A program made the translations under genes and the position numbers. DNA of 64,000 bases from the human T2T-CHM13v2.0 reference genome, Homo sapiens: assembly GCF_009914755.1 (NCBI RefSeq), contig NC_060936.1; one strand, given 5' to 3'. This document shows, piece by piece, positions 15,542 through 30,059 of this stretch (positions are counted from its first letter, which is position 1; each line of letters starts with the position of its first letter). Below the pieces are notes generated by a model. The model searched no databases. It saw only the letters and a program-made list of their open reading frames with translations, and was not told where the DNA came from.

Positions 15542-16577
15542 GGAAGGAAAGCCGAGGGGGCCTAAGGGTGGCTCGGCACAGGACTGTAGGTGTCTCTCAG
15601 CACAAAGAGCCAGGGTGCCATGGGCATCAAGGATGGCAGGTTAATGGTGGCAGGAGGCAGGCAGACTCCTGGGTGGAAAGGGGTGGATTGCTGGTGAAGC
15701 CCCACCTTCAAGCCAGGGACAGCCTGAAGCCCAGGGGCTGGGCTGCCTGTTCAACGGACCAGAGTGAGAACTTATGGTGCTTTCTCTTGGTCTGCCTATG
15801 GACCAATCAGCATGCACCTACTCCCCTCTGAAGCCCATAAAAACCCCAGATTCAGCCAGACTCATGCAGATGATGGGTCGACCAGTCTGCAGAGAGGAGC
15901 TACCCACTGTGGGTCTCTTCTGAGCTGTTCTGTTGCTCAATAAAGCACCTCTTCGCTTTGCTCACTCTCCACTTGTCTACATACCTCATTCTTCCTGGAC
16001 ATAGGACAAGAACTTGGGACCTGCCAAATGGCAGGGCTGAAAGACCTGTAACACAAACAGGGCTCAAACATGCCCCTTGCTCATAACGTTGTGGGTGATG
16101 AGAAGGAGAGAGGAGCTACGGCCTTTTGGGGAGCCCAGACCTAAGAGCTCCCCGAGCCAGGGTTGTGACACCCTCTTTGGGGCTTTGCAGTTCCTGGCTA
16201 CTCCAAGCTTCCAGGCACCACTGCAGTCCCTGGTGCCAGGCATGGAAGCTGTTTGTGGTACACCTGGTCCAGCCACAGCCTTCTAGGGAGCCAGCCCCTG
16301 TGCCAGCACCTAGAGCTGCCCACCCTGCCACAGCCAGCATGCCTGGCTCTGTGCAGTGGCTGGACTCCATGCTCACTTGCTCACACACTCCTCACCACTC
16401 TGCATCTGACTTGCCCCTGGTAGGCACAGGATCCAGGCGAGTAGCAGAAGCTGAGCACAACTTGCCAGGCTGAATGTGTGGAACAAGCCCAGCAGGCCCG
16501 AGCAAAATTTGGGCAAAGGCGTCACTGGACACAGAGGCTTCCAGCCAGAAATGTGACACCCCAAGGATTCTGTGACA

Positions 16578-17947
16578 CATGGAAATTAAATAATCTGCTT
16601 CTGAACGATTGTTGGGTCAACAATGAAATCAAGATGGAAATTTACAAATCTTTGAACTGAATAATAATAGTGACACAACCTATCAAAACCTCTGGGATAC
16701 AGCAAAAGTGGAGCTAAGAAGAAACTTCATAGCATTAAATGCCTACATCAAAAAGTCTGAAAGAGCACAAATAGACAATCTAAGGTCAGACCTCACAAAA
16801 CTAGAGAAACAAGAACAATCCAAACCCAAACCCAGCAGAAGAAAAGAAATAACTAAGATCAGGGCAGAACTAAATGAAATGAAACAAAAAATACAAAAGA
16901 TAAATGAAACAAGAAGCTGATTATTTGAAAAGACAAATAAAATTGATAGTCAATTAGTGAGATTAACCAAAAAGAGAGAAAATCCAAATAAGCTTAATTA
17001 GAAATGAAACAGGGGATATTACAACTGATACCACAGAAATACAAAAGATTATTCAAGGCTACTGTGAACACCTTTATACACATAGACTAGAAAACCTAGA
17101 GGAGATGGATAAATTCCTGGAAATGTACAACTTTCCTAGATTAAACCAGGAGAATATAGAATCTCTGAACAGACTAATAACAAGCAGTAAGACAGAAATG
17201 GTAATAAAAAACATTGCCAACAAAAAAAAAAGTCCAGGACCAGATGGATTCACAGCTGAATTCTATCAGACATTCAAAGAAGAATTGGTACCAATCTTAT
17301 TAACACTATTCCACAAGATAAAGAGGAAATCCTCCCTAAATCATTCTATGAAGCCAGTATCACCTTAATACCAAAACCAGGAAAGGACATAACAAAAAAT
17401 TAAAACTACAGACCAATATCCTTGATGAACATAGATGCAGAAATCCTTAACAAAATACTAGCTAACCAAATCCAACAACATATCAAAAAGATAATCCACC
17501 ATGATCAGGTGGGTTTCTTATCAGGGACGCAGGGATGGTTTAACATACATAAGTCAATAAATGTGCTACACCACATAAACAGAATTAAAAACGAAAATCA
17601 CATGATCATCTCAATAGATGCAGAAAAAGCTTTTGACAAAATCCAGCATCCTTTATGATTAAAACCCTCAGCAAAATCGGCATAGAAGGGACATACCTTA
17701 AGGTAATAAAAACCATTGACAACAAACCACCAGCCAACATTATACTGAATGGGGAAAAGTAGAAAGCATTTCCTCTGAGAACTGCAACAAGACAAGGATG
17801 CCCACTTTCAGCACTTCTATTCAACATAGTACTGGAAGTCCTCGCCAGAGCAATCAAACGAGAAAGAAAGGGCATCCAAATCAGTCAAGAGGAGCTCAAA
17901 CTGCTGCGATTTGCTGATAATATGATTGTATACCTAGAAACCCTAAA
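16578..17947 (+). mobile_element. L1 (L1PB-like) ORF2 fragment, defective
   Basis: ORFs give ...[11 protein letters not shown]..., ...[19 protein letters not shown]..., ...[14 protein letters not shown]; [10 protein letters not shown] near 17910; multiple frameshifts. Confidence 0.95.
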
Positions 17948-19364
17948 TGTTATTTCTTTATAAATTTTTTTTAAAAATCAATAGCCAGGAAGGGAAGGGG
18001 TTTTATCAGAGAATGCGTCATTGCCAGCATGAAGAAGGGGAAAGGAAGGAGAGATCTGAGTGATAAGAAAAGTTTGAAACAGTTAGGTTCGAGGGCAGTT
18101 AAGTCATTTTTGCCCACTCTGCAATTCTGCCAAGACCCTAAGGGCAGACCTAGTGCCATGGGGCATTATCTCCTTCTGCCACTGCAGAATCCCAGGGATG
18201 ATACAGCCTGGTTTAAAATGTGAAACTAGCTTAGAAAGAGTACCCATAATCAGATGAAGACTTTAAAATGTTTATGAAGCAGTGTTGTGTACTGGGATAC
18301 TGATTGAGATCCCTCAGAATAAGTAACAAGGCCCACACTTCAAATCGTTTTCCCTGACTTTTATGACAGGTGGGCTGTTACAGTGATGGAAACAGGGCTG
18401 AAGCTAGGGGGTTCTATAAAAGATTTGCAACCTAGAAAAAGGCTTAGCCTATAGGAAGTTTTTGAGAAATCTTATTTCCCTAAGCAAGGAATACATCATC
18501 CTATCTCCTCTTCCAAGATGACAGCAAGTATCATGGGCAATGACATCTCCTAGAATTCCGTCAATCAGAATAGATTTTTTTTTTTCTGTAAGTATCTTAC
18601 TCTAGTGAGCTCACAGAGATCATAGTTTTTCAAGTGGTGTCATAGAGACAACAATAGATTGCTGAAATTATTCAACCAAACCCTTCAAAAGATATACTTT
18701 AAATATCTAGCCTGTTTTATAATCCTAGAAGCCCAGGCAATTTAATATAAAACATCAGGGGGAAATACAGCAAATCTGGGCAGAAGTTGTCTGAGCCTGG
18801 CACTGTCAAATGTGTTTCCTATAAAGTGTAAAATGGCATGGACATTTATGTTGATGTGTACCATGAATAATAAAACATTAATAATAGCTATAACATTTAA
18901 TTTAATTGGAGAGATTCAACATTGCAGATGCTTTCTTGCAGAAGTCAAAATTTAAAGGCTATTTCAGGTTTATTGTCCAATATCTCTGTAGCTGTGCATA
19001 TAAATGTCTTTTCCAATTAAATGTACACCCACAGAATATTCTTTGCTTTTGTCACCATTGATTTATACTAAGATCTTTTGCTTATTTTAAATGCTCTAAC
19101 TGGCTCTAACCTCCAAAGATTCTTTTCAACCCTCTTCTCTAGTTCCTGCTATCACTAGTCATGCAGCCACCCAAGTTGGACCCTCCTGGGGACATCTTCC
19201 CTCAATCTACATCCAATTAACCACCAATACTGGTTGATATTAATGCGTCAATTACCACAATTGCATCTCATCCTCTCCTCCCTCTTATTTCTTATGATTT
19301 CTTGCCTGGATTTCCTCTCTTGTCTAAATGCTTCTACCTATTCCAGCCAGAGTTACTTTACTCC

Positions 19365-19654
19365 TTTTTTTTTAGATGGAGTCTTTCTCTGTGGCTCAGC
19401 CTAGAGTGCGGTGGCATGGTCTTGGCTCACTGCAACTTTCCCCTCCTGAGTTCAAGCTATTCTCCTGCCTCCGCCTCCCGAGTAGCTGGGACTATAGGCA
19501 TGTGCCACCATGCCTGGCTAATTTTTGTATTTTTAGTAGAGATGGGATTTCACCATGTTGGCCAGGTTGGTCTCGAGCTCCTGACCTCAAGTGATCCTAC
19601 TGTCTCAGTCTCCCAAAGTGCTGGGATTACAGGCGTGAGCCACCACCCCTGGCT
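19365..19654 (-). mobile_element. AluS
   Basis: Full antisense dimer within L2-like flanks. Confidence 0.93.
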
Positions 19655-19938
19655 GAGTTGCTTGGTTTTTGCATGCCCTTGCTTAAAATCTATTGATGAG
19701 TAGAAAGAACACAACTATGATAGGCACTGTCCTTGAGGGCAGGGACCTTGCTACATTGATGGTTTATCCCTGATACCTAGCACAGTGCACAGTACTCATC
19801 CAGTGTTTGTTTAGCTAATCTGAAGAGGGCTGACTTTAAAGCTTAGGTCAAAGATTACTGCTGTAAGAAGGTTATTTCATTTCCCTGAGCCTCTCAGTTC
19901 CCATATATGCAAAATGGCATTAATAACATCTCCTTCAG

Positions 19939-20254
<316 letters not shown>

Positions 20255-23200
20255 TCACAGAAGTCATTTAGGTTTATATGGACTACCCGTGTAAAGTGCC
20301 AAGTACTAAACCTGGCTCACAGAATGTACCCAATAAATGCATTACCCCATACATATTTTTCAATTTTCTAGAAATGAAAATGAAAACATCCTGTATCATG
20401 CAAAGCACTTCCCATGTACAGGCAGGTCCAATTATATTTCCTAATATTAATCTTCAACATAGAAGCAACACTATGCTTTTGATTTCAGCATGTGTTTTCA
20501 TGTTTCTATAATCTCTCAGTTTTATTCCCTCAGTGTAGAATGTCCTTCCTCCACTCTGTTTTAATAACCCCCCACCCATCATTCAAAGCCCATCCCAAAC
20601 AGTACTTATTCTCTATTATGTCACTTTCTTGCTCAAAATAAATAGCAAACACTTTATGATGGTTTACAAGGACCTTCACTCTTCACTCCCAGCTGGCCTC
20701 TATAACCTTATGTCTAATACTCTCCCCATCATTCATATTCAAATCATTCTGGGCGTTTTTTTTGTTCTTGCTTATACCTAGTTCATTCCTGCCAGAATTT
20801 TGTATGACTAGCTTCTTCACATAAAGTTCTCAGCTACGAGATGCTCAACTCTACTATCAGTTAGGGAGATGCAGATTAAATCTAAAATGAGATCAAAATC
20901 ATTCACATGCTTAAAAAAAGAATGTATCCCCAAGGATTTGGTGAAATTTATATCTTCATAAAACATAGAAGTATAAATTGATATAGGCTTTTTGAGTCAA
21001 TTTGGCAATATCTATTAAAATAAAGTATATCCATATCTTCCTATCCTGGCTTGCATATATTAGGATCTACCTGAGAAAAATAGTTACTCATATACATAAA
21101 GATTTTCATTCAAGCAGTACTCAAAATAGTGAAACAAAATTAAACAAAAAACCATTTGGTTAACAAACTAAATGTCCATCAACAGGGGAATAGTTAAATG
21201 CACCATATATAGAATATTATATAGAAGATTTAAAAAGGTCTATGTACAGATGAGGCAAAATCTCCAAGACATTATTAACCAAGAAAGCAAGTCATAGATA
21301 ATACGTATATGTAAAAATAGCAGTGCATTTAAGAAAATTACATATAATAATAATAATAGTAGCTTATATTCATTGAGTATTTACTATCAGGTACTGTTTC
21401 AAGGGCTTTAAATGTAGCAAAATAGTGACTTCTCATAACAACACTGCAAGTTATGTAATGTTATCATCCCAATTTCATATATGAGGAAACTGAGACACAG
21501 AAAGGTTAAGTAAGTTTCCATGGCCACACCGTTAATGGGTAACAAATCATTGTCTGGAGGCTGACCTCTTAATCACAGCCCTGCATTGTCTCATATGTTT
21601 GTATTTAAAAATAAATAAATAAGTAAATAAATGTGGGGTGTGTGTGTGTGTGGTGTATGTGTGTGCTTGAATACAAAGAGAAACGTTCAGATGCATGCTC
21701 ACTACAATGGTGTTTCTACGCGTGGAGAGAGAGAGGGGCTGGAACGGATTGAGGAAAACAGTTAAAGGGACTCTTTAAAAAATCTGATTTTAGTCTTTCC
21801 ACACTGAATTATTTAAAAATTTGCTAAGAATGCATTTACATATTTATTGTATATTTTTAAATACAATAGCCCAGTATCATCCCATAAGGATCATGAGAGG
21901 AAAGGTCATTCTAGAACAAACCAAAGAAGGTGGGACAAAGCATAATTTTGTTTAAATAGTACTTTCAGGCAGAGCTTTCAAGTAGTTTGGGCAAAATAAG
22001 TCCCCCAAAACAAAAGCAAAAATCCCTACAACTATAATTCTATAATTGCCTGGGTAACTCAGGTGAAATGAAGGGATTTTAGCAAAGTTACCTCAAAATT
22101 TACAGATGTAGAAGTATAGTCTGTGGGAGCTTCAAAACCTCAGTCACAATGTAATGCCAATGATATTCTGTTTGAACTATCATGACTGAATGGTTTTTCT
22201 CCCGACATCGTTAATTTGCTGAAACCCAAGTTTTCCTTTCCTATATTTCCTCTCAGTTGTTTATTTGTCGGGGCCAGCATATCACTTATACGGCATGGCA
22301 GATCATTCATGGTTCAATATATAGGCTATAAATCCATGTTTTCAAGGAATAATGTTCAATGGAAAAATCATAAGGAAGGATTATGAAATACTTCATGTTT
22401 AAAATTTTGCTTTTCATCTAATGGCTCCTGAGATTAAAAACAAACAAACAAACTTGTAGTGATCTCAATCTTGATAGATGTGAGATTCCACAGAGAGTAA
22501 TCAGTTGACCTAGGAATTTTTCTGAAAATGAAATGAGTTGGCTTTGTCTTTCTTCTTTGGTACAATTACTGTTGATCTTATCCCCCTTCCCCAAATAATA
22601 ATGTGTCATAACAAAGAAACATCAATATTCTCTACATAATAGATCATAATGAGATAGATACTAATGAGATCTGTGTTTCTCTCACTAAATATTAACTTAC
22701 ATCCACATCTGGTGGCCCTGCCTTTAATTCTGGCCACTTCTAAACCACTCTTCACATTGCAATCATAGTAATCATTCCAAAATGCACTCTCGTGCTTAAA
22801 ATAATTACATGTGCCTGTATTGCAGATACAGGCTGAAGTCTTTCAGCCTAGTGTACCTCACCCTTTGTGATCTGGCCCCTGTGTATATTTTCACCCTCAT
22901 TTGCTAATCCATGAAGGTCCAAACAGGAGAACATGCAATTTTTTCTTGTCTCTGGGCCCTTCCTTGTGATGTCTCTTTCACCTTCCTCACTGCCTCCGTT
23001 CACCTGCTTGCTTAAATCAATGGCTTGCTGCCTTGATTATAAACTAGCAATGATTATAAGCACTAACATTTATTTAGTACTTACTACATGTTCAGGAACT
23101 GTGTTATGCCATTTAAACACTAAAATAGAAAAACTAAGTAGCTTCTTATATTATCATCTTTTAGCAATGAGAAAACTAAGGTTCAGATAAGTTAGCAAAT

Positions 23201-23529
23201 TATTCACCAAACTCCACCAATGACATTGAATTTGTGCCCTATAGGGATTTACTGAGAACTAAAGGGCCCAGTGCATTTAGAGTGCTCTGCAGACGCTTGG
23301 CTTAGAAGCCCTGGAAGGAAGTATTTTCCATTACTTTTGTTACCAATGTTGTTACTACATTTGGGGGTGCTTGCTTTATTTCTAAACTTAATGTCTGGGG
23401 ATTTAAAAATTGCCATTTTAACACAATGGCACATATAATTGAGTAGAAGATATATTTTTTAAAAGTTGATTTTTTTTAATTAGAAAAAAACTAAAAATTG
23501 AAAATGAAAGTGAATTACTAACACTGAAC

Positions 23530-24010
23530 TCATTTCCTTCTCCCCTCTACTCCAATCCACTCCAGTTTCACTGGTTTTTCGTTGCTTCTCTCGAATGCCA
23601 GTGCCCTTCAAACCTTAAAGACTTGGTGTTGACGCTTTCCTCTGATGGTCACAGGAGAATGATCTGAATGTTCTTCCCTAGGTGTGGCTCACTCCCTTAT
23701 CTCCTTTGACCTCCACCTTGAATATCACCCCTTAACTGATGCTACTCTGACCGGCACCACACTCTCCCTGCCATAGCATCCCCTAGCCTCCTTACGCTGT
23801 ACTGATTAATTTTCTTAGCACTTGCCATCTCTAACACTATATGGATTTCCTTATTTATTTTGTTTATTGCTTATCTGCCATACTAGAATGTGAACTCCAC
23901 AAAGGTAAGGACTTTTTTGTCTCTTTTTTTTCATTAAAGAATCCTGACTGCTTCAAATTGTACAATGTAGATGCCTAATAAATGCTTATTGAGTGACTGA
24001 GTGAATGACT
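23530..24010 (+). mobile_element. L2 3' end
   Basis: ctagaatgtgaactccac...aataaatgcttattgagtgactgagtgaatga tail. Confidence 0.7.
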
Positions 24011-25368
24011 ATTGAAACTGGCCAAGCAATGTTATATAGCCTTGTTTGGCTACACAGGTGCTTTAGATACAAGTTCATGTATATTTTGTCGATTTATTGC
24101 CCTATCTAACATCTCTCAAACTAAGGCTTTGGTGGAGTCACTGAGCAGTTAATATATTACTGAAAGCAGATGAATGTGCTTGGATCTAGGCAGAGTAACA
24201 AAACAAAGACAGCTAAAGTTAAAAGTCTGACCCAAGGTCTCACATTCCTATAAATAATTGATAATGCATCAGGGGAATTTTAATGAATATATTTGATTTG
24301 TTTTATTTACAAAATAGACATACTAAAAGTTGCACATAATTATTAATCCTTTTCTAGAAGAGTAAACAAATTTATTAGAGACCAAGCAGACTGAAAGTGA
24401 TTGGGCTTCTTTGTGAAACACTGCCAATATATGCAAAATTATATCCAATACAACTGAAGGAAAATATATTTGAAGCAATTACAAATCCTGTCCCATAACA
24501 TGATGTGTGGTGTGATAACCAACATCATACAACTTTGCATTATCCCTCCTGCCAATTTCATCTAATAAAACACGACTCATGTGAAATGGTGTGTGCCCTA
24601 GGTTCCTGTGGTAATTAGCTGTGTCTAAATTGCTATAACATGGGCAATGATATTTAAAGTTGCTCTTACATTGCCTAAGAGTGCATAGCAAAATAATAAT
24701 TATCATGTAATTTAGATTTTCAAAATGTAAACAGATCATGGCCACAAAAATAAGGGGAATTTCAGGATGAGTGGCTGTGCACTGTCTAGCCTGGTGGCCA
24801 GTCTCATTTCAGATCCATTGTAAAACTGAGAGACAGACAGCATTCAGGTACCCTGCAGGTTTTGGTTACAGACTTTACTGAGTGGTCAAATAGATATTGT
24901 GCCTTCTAGATTTAGGCAAAAAAGAAGAGTGGTGAGGCTTTGGCATATTTCTGTTCATGACATATTGGCACAATATTTCTACAAATCACTCAAAGCTAAA
25001 GCTAAGGCAATTAGGAGTAGTGCATCCATTTCTACTTATGAAAAACTTAACTTGGTGTTTCTAGGATAATTAGATCAAAGTAAGCTCCCTTAGGGTATGA
25101 TCTACGTTTTCTTTAAACTGTTCCTTTCCCAGTGCCAGACATGGTACCATGGTTAATAAATCTTATTAGCAGTCTGACTGAAGATTTTAAAGTGATATTC
25201 TTACAATAACGTTTGCCTGTAGAGACAGATTCAATACCAAATTTAATAATGGCAAGCTGTCAATTGCTTTGCCTTTGTCATCCATGGTAATTGGGATCAA
25301 CTCTGGTGCTCCTCCACACAGAACATTCAATTGAGATCAAGCCTTGGATGAAATCTCTTTTCCAGAAT

Positions 25369-25465
25369 GCTCCTCATTTATTGAATCAGAAGGAGCCTGG
25401 ACTTACCATTTGAAGGTGGTAGGAAATGGCCACCTTCAAATGGGAAGTCTAGGCTCCTTATGATG
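25369..25465 (-). ncRNA. MIR617: Intronic pre-miRNA hairpin miR-617; mature AGACUUCCCAUUUGAAGGUGGC = minus strand of 25429-25450
   Basis: 30-bp inverted repeat (25390-25419 / 25430-25459, 2 mismatches, 10-nt loop). Sequence matches my recollection of hsa-mir-617, which is known to lie in a LIN7A intron. Confidence 0.9.
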
Positions 25466-25674
25466 GCTTATGGTAGCTTCCGTGACATAGCTTCAGGCCA
25501 TCCCTTCAACTCTACTCTTTAGCTACAAACATGTTGATGCTATGATTTGGTAGAAGTCCATTCTATTCATATTTATGGCATAGTGTACAATGTGTGCATT
25601 TTTCAGATTTTAATATTGTAGCTACTATATGGTTTGGAACTGTTTTCATGAAAATGAACTAATTTAGTTTAAGA

Positions 25675-25868
25675 TAGTGATTCTCAACCAAGGATGATTT
25701 TGCTTGTTAGGGGACAGTTCACAAGGTCGGGGGACATTTTTTGTTGTGGTGACTGGATGGGGAGGGTGTTACTGGCCAGGATAAACATTCTACAATGCAC
25801 AGAATGGCCTCCCCCAGAAAGAATTATCCCATTCAAAATATCAGCAATTTCAAGGGTGAGAAATCCTG
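25675..25868. mobile_element. MER20-like hAT element
   Basis: gtgattctcaacc...aacattctacaatgcacagaatggcc...gtgagaaatcctg. Confidence 0.75.
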
Positions 25869-26109
25869 GTTGACAAATGTAATTGAGTGAAAAGTTTACA
25901 TAATATAATTTTTAAGTGTTCTACTTTGAAATGCTGTCAGTTTGATAGAGCTCAGTTAATTAAATTTACATCTTGGAAAAGGCAAAACTAAATTAAAACC
26001 TATGCCCTTGTTTATGTTCATATGGCTGAGCCATAGACAACACAACCTCCAAGTACTCAGCTGCTCACTCTCACCTGAACCATCTTTTCTGCTGTGTCAA
26101 CAAGAGGCA

Positions 26110-26650
26110 AGATCCTTGTCAGAAACCCAAGAGTTCTTGGTAACTCCCTATTCTTCACCTTGCATATCCAGTCAATCACCAGTTCTTGTTTATAGTCCCG
26201 TTACATCCAAAGTCATTTTCAAATCTTTTCCTTTCTCTCCAAATTGCCCCTCTTCCAGTTAAGACCTCCACCATGTCCCTCCAGAACTTCTAAGAGTGTC
26301 CTGGTTGATCTTCCACCTCCAGCTTTTCCTCCATGCCTTCACACACCCTATGCCCACATGTTGGCAATTGCCAGAATAACCTATAAAAATTCATGTCATT
26401 TTGGCAATTTCCTACCACTTTCAAATGTTAAGTCCGGGCTCCTTGTGATGGCTTATGGTGTCTTCCATGACGTGGCTCAAGCCCATCCCTTCAACCCTAC
26501 TCTTTAGCTACAAACATGTTGTTTCTTATATGTTTCTGTAGATGTTGTCCCTCTGTCTAGAATGCCCTCCATCAACCTATTCATTCTAACATTCCATAGA
26601 TAACTACTATTAATCCTTTAAAATGCTTCTTATTATATATACCATTTCCT
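26110..26650 (+). mobile_element. L2 relic containing the donor of the miR-617 arms
   Basis: cagaaaccc...atccagtcaatcacc...aagtccgggctcctt...cttccatgacgtggct...ctagaatgccctcc follows the L2 consensus order. Confidence 0.65.
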
Positions 26651-29210
26651 CTACAAAGGCAGAAGGTGTTGTTTGCTTGTTTTTAAATTCTGAATTTTCG
26701 CTACACTGTCCACAGTACCAAATGGCAATAACCGGCTAGAATTGTAATAGGGCATTTCTCCTCTAGATTGCCATCTTTCCCTCTTGATTATCTCTGCTCA
26801 CTTATCTAATCTCCTTCTGGACCCTAAAATAGTCAAATTTAACCACTCCTACTTCCTGGATAGCCTTTTGCAAAACCAAATCTAGTACAATGTCATGTTC
26901 CCTTGACTTTCAGAGGTAGAAGCTCAGAGACTGCCCAGAATCCTCAACTCTTCTGATGTCACATTTTACTCGATTTTTAAGTATGTAAGGACTACCACAT
27001 ATATAGTGATTAGTTCAGAATGAAAAATCTATGTTGAAATGGTAGTGCTGGGTGATAAGATAGGTTCAGGCTGATGCTAGATCAAATCTTGTATACTACA
27101 TATACAGATTTTGACTTCAGGATCTAAAGTCTTATGCTTTGGTTCTTATTCAAATTTATATTCTTAAAGCTTAAGATATGCTATATATTTACACAGTTGG
27201 TGATAATAGGCACCTCTGTAAATAGAAAACATGACTTCTCTTGAGAAGTGATTTGGTGTCACTGAAGGGCAAGGTCAATAATTTACAATTCAGAGTAAGG
27301 TTGGCTGTGATAAAATTAGCAACTAATGATTTTGTATCTACGAGAGAAGAGAAAGAAACCCAAGTAGGAAAGGCCTATGATCAAATGTGATTCATTTGCA
27401 AATTTATTGAAACAGCCCATACCTCCTGGCTGAACTTAGAAAGATGTAGTTCTAATACCACAATTGCTGATACTCATTTCCCATATCTGAGACTCAGCAA
27501 CCAACATTTGAGTTAAAGTTTGGTTATCTCACATGAACCTGTCAGCAATCACATGTGGCTTGTGACATGTCATCTGATTGCCATATGTATCAGTGTCTTC
27601 TGTTTTTGAGAATATAATTAAAAACAGAACAAGATATAAATCCATTATGGAAAATTATATAAACCCTTAGACTTACACTTGGCTTGCATTTCACTAGGTA
27701 TACTCATGTAGCTGTGGCATATTAACATTCCAACCTTGCTTTAGGCTAGTGCCAACAGTCTGTAGACCAGCATAAATAAGTTAGAAGAATGTTCCTCCCA
27801 AGTTAGGCTTAAATTGAATCATTGGCTTTTCACTAATGTTTAAAGCAATCACTGGTAATTGGGCTTGGTGAGTTCCACAAAATATAAATGATGCTTTTTT
27901 GGACCAGCACAGGATTTCAAGACAAATATTCTATTCATTTGAGATAAACCACACATTTCTCAGCTAGAACAGAAGAAGGACCATTACTTGGTTTACATAT
28001 TCTGTTTTTGTAAATTAAGGAAAAATGTTGCAATAGGAAACATGGAGAGATGCATCTGGAAGTTTGGTGAAAGGCTGTTTAATAATAATATACAGCAACA
28101 ATGCTGTGTAATTGTGGAAGCATAAGTCTTATCTTTTAATGCTGTATTTATCATTTCTCTTTTTTATCCTAATTACTATTAGGAAAGGTAGACAGGACAG
28201 GTGTTGTTACATCAGTCCTGCAGATATAAAGACACCAAAAATTCCAATGACTTGCCCATAATCAACCCACCAATGACAAGGATCCAATTTCCTCTGAAAT
28301 TAGAGTATTTAATGGGGGACTTTTATTGTCTCTTGAAGATAAACAAAAAGCAGAGGAGATGACTTAAACTGGGCGGAGAGTCTAACTCTATAGGGAGATA
28401 AAATTATAAGAAAGAAAAGACTATTATCTGATTTAAAAGAAAAAATTTATAGTTACTGGGTATTTAAAAGGTATCCAGCTTAATGCCAGACACTCTTACA
28501 TACTTTCTCTTATTTAATCTTTGGATTAAACCTGTGAGAAAGATATTGCTATTTTTGCTTTACGTATGACAAAATAGAGTCTCAAAGAGTAAATAAACAT
28601 ATTATGGTTAGAATAACCTTAACTCCTGAGAAACCATAAGAACTTGAATTTGAATGAGTCCCTTTTGAAATGTTGAAAATATCAATTCACAATAAAGTAA
28701 AAGTTTGTAATTTTCATTAAATATGATGACAGAAAAAAAGGGAAAATTGCTCTTAAGTTGTTATCATATGCAATATCCTAGTCAAGTGATTTAAGGATAT
28801 AGAAAGAAAATTTCAATACAAAAAATAATAATAAGCTAACAGAAAAAAAAAGTAGAATACATTTCATTTCGTAATGAACAGCCTCAGGATGTATTAGAGA
28901 CTCTTGGCATATCATCAGATTTCAGAATTGATTTCAGATTCCTAATGCACTTAGAGTAAAATGAAAACTTTTGGGTATCAACCTTAAAACTCCATTGGTT
29001 GGCTCCCAATCAGTTCTTCAGCCTCATCTTATCCCACTATGTATACTTTAGTCACTTTGTTCTTTCAGCCGCTCCTACATGGCAAATCATGGACTTCCTT
29101 ATCTCAAGACCTTCACACAAGCTCTTTCTTATGATAACAGACTCTTCTCCTTAATCTCAGTTTAAATGTCACCCTTCAAAGAGGCCATTTCTAACACTAT
29201 TAAAACTAGC

Positions 29211-29510
29211 TCCTGGCATGGTGGCTCAACATCTGTAATCCCAGCACTTTGGAAGGCCAAGGCTGGTGGATTGCTCGAGCTCAGGAGTTTGAGACCAGTT
29301 TGGGCAACATAGTGAAAGCCTGTTTCTATCAAAAATACAAAAACTAGCCGGCATGGTGGCATGTGCCTGTGGTCCCAGCCACTCAGGAGGCTGAGGTTGG
29401 GAGGATTGCTTAGTCTGGGAGGCAGTTTGCAGTGAGCCAAGATCACGCCACTGCACTCCAGCCTGGGCCACAGAATGAGACCCTGTCTCAAAAAATAAAT
29501 AAATAAATAT
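29211..29510 (+). mobile_element. AluJ
   Basis: gctcgagctcaggagtttgagacc; (TAAA)n tail; imperfect TSD taaaa(c/g)tagct. Confidence 0.9.
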
Positions 29511-30059
29511 GTATATATATATATTTTAAAAGTAGCTTCTCTTGTTCCATTACATGGCTCCTTGTTTTCTTCTTTCCCCTCTGTAACACTTATCACAGTG
29601 TTTAATTATGAGGCCATGTTATATTCTGAAGTATTAATTCGTGTTCTTTGTGAATTTTCCCTCCCATTCTGCTTCCTTCAGCCCACACCTTAGGAGTAAA
29701 AAAGGACTGAAAAATATCTGAAGGTCTTTGCTGTGCAGCAGAATGTTTTGGCTGCATGTTTTCACGTACATTTTTTTTTTTTTTCTCATCAAAGACCAGG
29801 CAAGATGGGGGGCGGGGAAAGAAGGAAGAGGAGTCTGAATGGCTTTATTGATTGGATAGGCAGAAGCAGAAGGAGAAAAGTCTGAAAGTGAAAAGGGAAG
29901 AAAGAACTTGCATTGTCAGAACTAGGAGTAGAGTGGAAAATACTCAGTGTGTGCTGTTTTGAGACTAGAAAACCAACGTGCCCATGCTCTGTGGACAACT
30001 GGTTCCATTCCATAGCCCTATACACTTGTAAGCACTCTAGATTTATGATATTTACACAT

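Noticed and set aside
16578-17947. L1 reverse-transcriptase ORFs as an active element
   Set aside because: Fragmentary and frameshifted, with no 5' UTR, ORF1 or 3' end.
19302-19703. 133-aa ORF and similar ORFs (9613-9933, 29162-29596, 59611-60003, 61020-61427)
   Set aside because: Translations of Alu sequence; typical artefacts.
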